DNA of 64,000 nt from Eledone cirrhosa (lineage: Eukaryota). Of the stretch, positions 57,415-64,000 are shown piece by piece. A model generated the notes under the pieces. That model made no database searches, had not been told where the DNA came from, and saw nothing but the letters and a program-made list of their open reading frames with translations. Both the position numbers and the translations under genes were made by a program. The stretch is from positions 94,550,001-94,614,000 of the forward strand of contig OZ024743.1 of assembly GCA_964016885.1 (NCBI GenBank), written 5' to 3'. Every line of letters begins with the position of its first letter. The first letter of the stretch is position 1.

Positions 57415-58853
57415 TAAATATGGTTTTATAAATATAGTTTTCCATTTATTTAATATTGTATATATATATATCTTTCTTATATATATCTTTCTTATATCAA
57501 AGTTTATATCTTTCTTACATATATCTTTCTTATATCAAAGTTTAATGGGCTTCCACTGATGATTTATAAGCGCCCACCTAAATATATTCTTACCTGAATA
57601 TATATTAGGCTTCTACATAAACTGGAAATATTCTCCCAACTTGTAGAAAACTTATAATGAAACAATTGTTTGGAAAGAGAGATATACTTTAACTTTAATT
57701 ATATCTCATAAAATAATACAACTGGTTTTTCCACATTATACATATTGTTAGCACCCCAAACACTTAAATTGGGTTTATATTTAAATATAACCTAATGTTT
57801 GTTGAGTGAGATGGTTACCAGTCAGAGTTTAGCTTTAAACTATCTCTGTTATTGTATTAAATATTTACTCTTGATTGGTCAGAGGTGTTTATTTCCAGGT
57901 ACCTTATGAATTTGACTTTCCGTATTTATTACTGTTGCGAAATGTTGTGGTTTTTTTTGGTTGTAACTTCTCTGTTTTTTAGCCTAAGAAAATATATATA
58001 TGCCTATGTATATAATTACATGCATACATTTATTTTCTTTAATTAATTGAGTTCTTTACACGAGGAATTAATATTAGTTTTGAAATAACTAATTAACCCG
58101 CGTGTGTTTTATATTTTACTCTTAATTCGGCCGGAGAGTTACATTCCCATTTGCCCTTTAAAGCATAACTTTCTGTATTTACTGCGGTTATGAGATGCGG
58201 TTCTTATTCAGGTATAACTTCTGATTTTAGCCTAAGAAAATATCTATATGGGTGTGTAATTTATACACGCATATATTTATTTTTTTAATTTTCAATTGAG
58301 TTCTTAACACGTTGGATTGATAATGTTTTCGAAAAAACTAATTAACCCGCGTGTATATTATTTTTTTCCTCCTTTCGTGGATCGTAGCTGTCTCCCCTTC
58401 CCGCTTCGTGTCGCTATGATACTTCCTCAGTCAAAAACTGCTGGAATTTCAAATTTGGCGGTCATTCGAGGCGAGAAGGAGCAACTTAACAGACACGATT
58501 TTTGACTGCGGTAAGAATTTCTTTCTTATATCAAAGTTTAATGGGCTTCCACTGATGATTTATAAACGCCCACCTAAATATATTCTTACATGAATATATA
58601 TTAGGCTTCTACATAAACTGGAAATATTCTCCCAACTTGTAGAAAACTTATAATGAAACAATTGTTTGGAAAGAGAGATATACTTTAACTTTAATTATAT
58701 CTCATAAAATAATACAACTGGTTTTTCCACATTATACATATTGTTAGCACCCCAAACACTTAAATTGGGTTTATATTTAAATATAACCTAATGTTTGTTG
58801 AGTGAGATGGTTACCAGTCAGAGTTTAGCTTTAAACTATCTCTGTTATTGTAT

Positions 58854-58953
<100 letters not shown>

Positions 58954-60595
58954 AATAATGATGGCTGCGCGTTGCAAATGGTGGTGCATATGAAAAAGTG
59001 AGTCCTTCATCAGTGACCCTCCAACCGTCCCAGGCATTTCATCGCTTTAAGGGCCATATGCCTCAGATTGGTGCGAACAACGGCTAAAAAAAGTCGTTGG
59101 GACACGTAAATAAAGGGGACGTTAGGGTAACAAACAAAAAGGTTTAAGCAACGGAAAGTGAGAAGAAATAGACAAGTCCCAGATCTCTATGAATATAAAC
59201 TCGGTGAAATCGTGAACAAGAGACAAAAGACCATCAAACCTGGTTGAAATGTGAGCAAGGAAAGAATTTCGCACAGGTCTAACGGGGGGGGGGGGGGGGG
59301 AAGAAGAAGAAGAAGAAGAAGAAGAAGAAGAAGAAGAAGAAGAAGAAGAAGAATGGGTCTGGTCTACGAATTCGGTAAACATAAGTTTTGTGAAGTCGCA
59401 GACGAAAGAGAGAGAGAGAAAAAAATTCCATACCAGCTTGACCAAGACATATATATATATATATATGCAATGACTGATAATATACAATTATAATAAATTT
59501 AGTCTATTAGATTATTATTCTTATATCGTTCAACATAAATGCATTATCTGCATATGGCATCTGATTTGCTTGAATATAACCATAATGCCTTAGTACAAGA
59601 AAAGACTATATATTTCTATATTACCATTCTTTTTATTTTTTTCAATTGAATTTCTATCACGTAGTATTATCATTTACTTAAATATGATGGGGTGGTTTTC
59701 AAGCCAGTGAACAGTCACTGGTGGACTAATGTTTCATTTTTGCTTTGTTTCAACAAAACACTCATTAAATTTACTATGTTGCGGCTGCTTGCAATATTGA
59801 GTCGTTCACTGTGTGGTATCTCTATCCAATGAGGGCGCATGGCTTAGTTGTTAGGGTGATCGGCTCACGATCGTAAGGTGATGGGTTCGATTATCCGCGG
59901 CACATTGTGTTCTTCAGTAAAACATAAATTCGAGTTGCTCCAGTCCACTCAGCGGGATAAGAACAAAAGAGATCTAATTATATTTCAAACTATCAGCCTT
60001 GTCCTCCACATTGTGTCATACTGAATCTCCCTGAGATCTACGCTAAGGATACTCGTGTCTGTAGAATACTCAGTTACTTGCACGTTGATCTCACGAGCAG
60101 ACTGTTCCGTTGTTTGAACAAATGGAACACCTGTCTACGAAACCGACGGAGGTCCAACAGAAGAGAGAAAAGCATGTGTGTGTGTGTGTGTGGTAGTGGC
60201 GTTTTGTGTGAGTGTGTGATTGTGTGGGTGTGTGTGTAGTGGCGTTCTCTGTGTGTGAGTGTAGTGGCGTTCTGTGTGTGTGTGTGAGTAGCGTTCTGTG
60301 TGTGTGTGTGGTAGCAGCATTCTGTGTGTGTGTGGGTGTAGTAGCATTCTGCGTGTGTGTATGGTAGTGACGTTCTGTGTGTGTGTAGTGGCATTCTGCA
60401 TGTGCGTGTGTAGTTGTGGTGTTCTGTGTGTTTGTATGTATGTGTGTGTGAGTGTGTGTGTGTATGGCGTTCTGTGTATGGGTCATTTATTATTGTTGGT
60501 GTATGTATGTGTGTGTGTGTGGTTGTGGCGTTCTGTGTGTATGTATATGTGTGTATGTGTGTGTGTGTGTGTGTGATTGTGGCGTTCTGTGTGTA

Positions 60596-60637
<42 letters not shown>

Positions 60638-60897
60638 GGCGGCGGGGTGGGAGACGCATGTATAGGTAGGCGTGTCTGTTGAAAGAAATGTAAAGGTTGT
60701 GATGTAGGTGTGAGAATGACCGTATGTGAAGGTGTGTCGGTAGAAGGTGGGTGAGGTGGAAGGAGAATGCCGAGGATAAATTATAGCGTATGCAGGTGTA
60801 TCAGGGAGTGTGAGTAAAGGGAGAATTAAATTGTTTTCGTGTGTACGTGTGATATAAATAATTGTTTCTACTGATATAGGTCAGTGTGGTTTTTATA

Positions 60898-60954
<57 letters not shown>

Positions 60955-61377
60955 TGTATGTATAGTATATTTGGCTATATACCGTATGTTTAATTAAAAA
61001 CACTTTGAAGACCTTGCGCTATCATTTTTAAAGTAGTGACTATGTCTTCTTTTTTTTCCGGCAAAAGAAGGGAGAGAAGCTGACAGAGTCTGTTTCACAT
61101 TGTTGGTGATCATCAGAGCAACGATGGTGATCATCAGAGCCTTTTTCGAAAACTATAGCAGCTGGATTCTTATAGAATCCCAGTAATAATCAGGAGCTGA
61201 TTATACAGAGCGATTGCCGGTCCAGCAAAAATGAGGTATTAGGATTGGTGCTCTGAAATAGCGATGTATACATGAATGTATGTATAGTATATTTGGCAAT
61301 ATACCGTATGTTTAATTAAAAACATTTTGAAGAACCCTTGCGCAATCATTTTTAAAGTAGTGATTATGTCACTTATT

Positions 61378-61530
<153 letters not shown>

Positions 61531-61604
61531 TATATATATAAGTAAAATTAGAATTTTATTTCTCACCCTAGTACAGCTGGTACATAAATGTAAGTATGCA
61601 CATG

Positions 61605-61644
<40 letters not shown>

Positions 61645-61704
61645 CATACAAATACATATGTACATATACGTATGTACGTATGGGTTATATCTAACATCAA
61701 TAAT

Positions 61705-61811
61705 TGTTTCTACTTTTGGCACAAGGCCAGTAATTACCCAGTGTATTACTGGTACTTTATTTTATCGACCCCGTAAGGATGAAAGGCAAAGTTAACCTCG
61801 ACGGGATTTGA
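61705..61811 (-). mobile_element. 5'-truncated family-1 SINE with 12-bp target-site duplication
   Basis: aacatcaataat occurs at 61693..61704 and 61812..61823. The site is empty in copy A (~9622-9633). Confidence 0.85.
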
Positions 61812-62038
61812 AACATCAATAATAATATTCGATTCGTTTGTAAACAAACGGCCTGATTTGAAGCTGTGCCATGCTGGTGACCGATCGTCCCCCATTTGTT
61901 CATCAAAGCCAGTGATGGACAAACGGGGGGCGATCGGTCACCAGCATGGCACAGCTTTAGATCGGGCCATTTGTTCACAAACGAATCGAATATTATTATT
62001 GATGTTCGATATAACCCATACGTACATATGTATATGTA

Positions 62039-62104
<66 letters not shown>

Positions 62105-62122
62105 TACACACATATGTATACG

Positions 62123-63072
62123 AGACATGAAAAATGCGCAAGCTCAAAAGTGCCACAGAATGTTATAATAAACCTTCAAAAGTGTGGGACTAGAGTTGTT
62201 GCTAAAAAATATTGTAATCATTATATATCGTACATTCTGTGGCATCCTTTATAAAAATAGCTTAAACCAACGAAGCCTTTATTTTTACGCTATTTCACTT
62301 AGTTAATTCTTAGAGTGTAACATATAAAATATGATTTACAACTATAAAATAAATTAATTAATATAATAACAGAGCTGCGGAGCTGAAATTTAGGAAATAA
62401 TGGAGTATCGGATCCTGAGTTGGAGCCAGTCAATTTTTGGCCGACTCCGCAGCCCTGTATAATACATTTCATATTAAAGTTATTAATAAACCTATTTTAC
62501 ACTGCATGCAAATTACCATGAGATATTGATATTAGATATAAGATACAGCGCAATATCTACAGCTGTAAAAGTACGAAAGCGAAGTAATAATAAGTGGCTT
62601 AAGGTAATTCCAATATGAAAGTTTGTAGTGATAAAAATTTGATAATGCAATACGATTGTTAATATTATAGTTCTATGAAAATGTAACAATAGATAACTAA
62701 ATTATTTTACTATTAGTATATTTAAGAAATTATCATTATAGATTTGATCGTTCATATAAGCATCATATTAATTTTCAACACAATTATTTTGTTACTATGA
62801 GTATATGATAATAATATTACGTAATTATTTATAGCTGTTATTACATTAAACATAGATGTATTTATTTTTATATGTTACACTCTAAGAATTAGCTAAGTGA
62901 AATAGCTTAAAAATAAAGGCTTCGTTGGTTTAAGCTATTTTTATAAAGGATGCCACAGAATGTACGATATATAATGATTACAATATTTTTTAGCAACAAC
63001 TCTAGTCCCACACTTTTGAAGGTTTATTATAACATTCTGTGGCACTTTTGAGCTTGCGCATTTTTCATGTCT
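62123..63072. mobile_element. Non-autonomous DNA element with ~205-bp terminal inverted repeats
   Basis: 62123..62329 is the reverse complement of 62866..63072. The core is AT-rich and non-coding, and there is no clear TSD. Confidence 0.8.
62370..62457. mobile_element. 88-bp hAT-like MITE nested in the long-TIR element
   Basis: TIRs cagagctgcggag / ctccgcagccctg, with flanking 8-mers tataataa / tataatac (7 of 8 match). Confidence 0.65.
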
Positions 63073-64000
63073 AGTTTAATATTTTTTTAAGGCAACGCTT
63101 GTAATAACTCTAGTTAAACAGGATATATATTAATAATAAATTATTGTTGTAATGTAATTAGATTATGTAATTGTTATTATAAATTATCTTATAAATATTA
63201 GTGTAAGATGTATAAAAATATTTTCAGACTTTTAATATAAACAACTACAAAAAACAATCAATATTAAATCAATATATTATACATAATAGAAAACATAAAA
63301 TAACAATACAAAAACAAAATATTTACATACAATTGCAATTATCAGTGTATATACATTTTCTTTATATTCCCTGAGCAAATTAATAAGATTTGTTTTTATT
63401 GTACATAATTTGATGACTTGTTGGAGTGTATTAAAAGATAGCAACAATTTGTGATTAAATTGTTATCTTAAGCAACTCACTTTTTAATAGTTGTTGGCTG
63501 AGCGAAATTGTAAAAGCCTATGAGCAAATATAAAAAAAAATACACAAACCACATTTCCTTGTGTTATTACAACATTAGATAAAATAATTGAGCAATGTCG
63601 TTATATTTTGCTCTTATTGCACATTAATAGTGTTTCTATTTTTCGGCACAAATCCATTACGGCAGTCCATTACTGGTACTTTATTTTATCGAATTAGTAA
63701 GTATGAAAGTCGAAGTTAATCTCGGCAGGATTTGAACTTAGAATGCAAAGGACCATAACAATACTGCAAAGCATGGTGTCTGACGCTCTACCAATACTTG
63801 TGTTGAGCTGGTCATTAATTTATGGTGGTCGTGCGTGGAGTAGAGCAATCGTTAGTTGAAATATTATGAACAAAACATTTTTATTTGCCGAAGAACATAT
63901 TTTCAATACTGTTTGTGAATGTGACGAAGGAAATACATTCTGATATGGAACAGTGTACAAAGTGTGTCTGTGAATAACATAATGTTACCTCATGTTGTTG

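Larger units (their letters stand above)
51786..57460 (-). mobile_element. Penelope-like retroelement 2, 5'-truncated, with 2.3-kb inverted duplication of its 3' part
   Basis: Arms 51873..54176 and 55163..57460 are reverse complements. The element is inserted in (TA)n and absent from copy A. Confidence 0.92.

Overview
This is AT-rich, microsatellite-dense animal DNA, probably molluscan or cephalopod (inferred from the tyrosinase type and the SINE, RTE and Dong repertoire). It holds one host gene on the minus strand: a spliced, secreted tyrosinase (type-3 copper) of 772 aa with a Thr/Pro mucin-like linker and a Cys-rich, chitin-binding-type-2-like last exon that the ORF track reads in the wrong frame. 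Its roughly 10-kb upstream region occurs twice (1..~9950 and 48276..~62113), and the two copies carry different recent insertions. The rest is nested mobile DNA: three Penelope-like retroelements (RT plus C-terminal GIY-YIG, CxCx5C linker), a decayed Helitron and two non-autonomous Helitrons, RTE, Tx1/L1-like and R4/Dong-like LINE fragments, tRNA-derived SINEs and foldback/TIR elements. The most striking signal is about ten sequence-unrelated hammerhead ribozyme families sitting in or beside (TA)n tracts. Seven of them share a non-canonical U-U pair at the base of stem II, and one lies in a 1.4-kb non-coding element with retrozyme architecture. All structures and alignments were done by eye; no folding program or database search was run.
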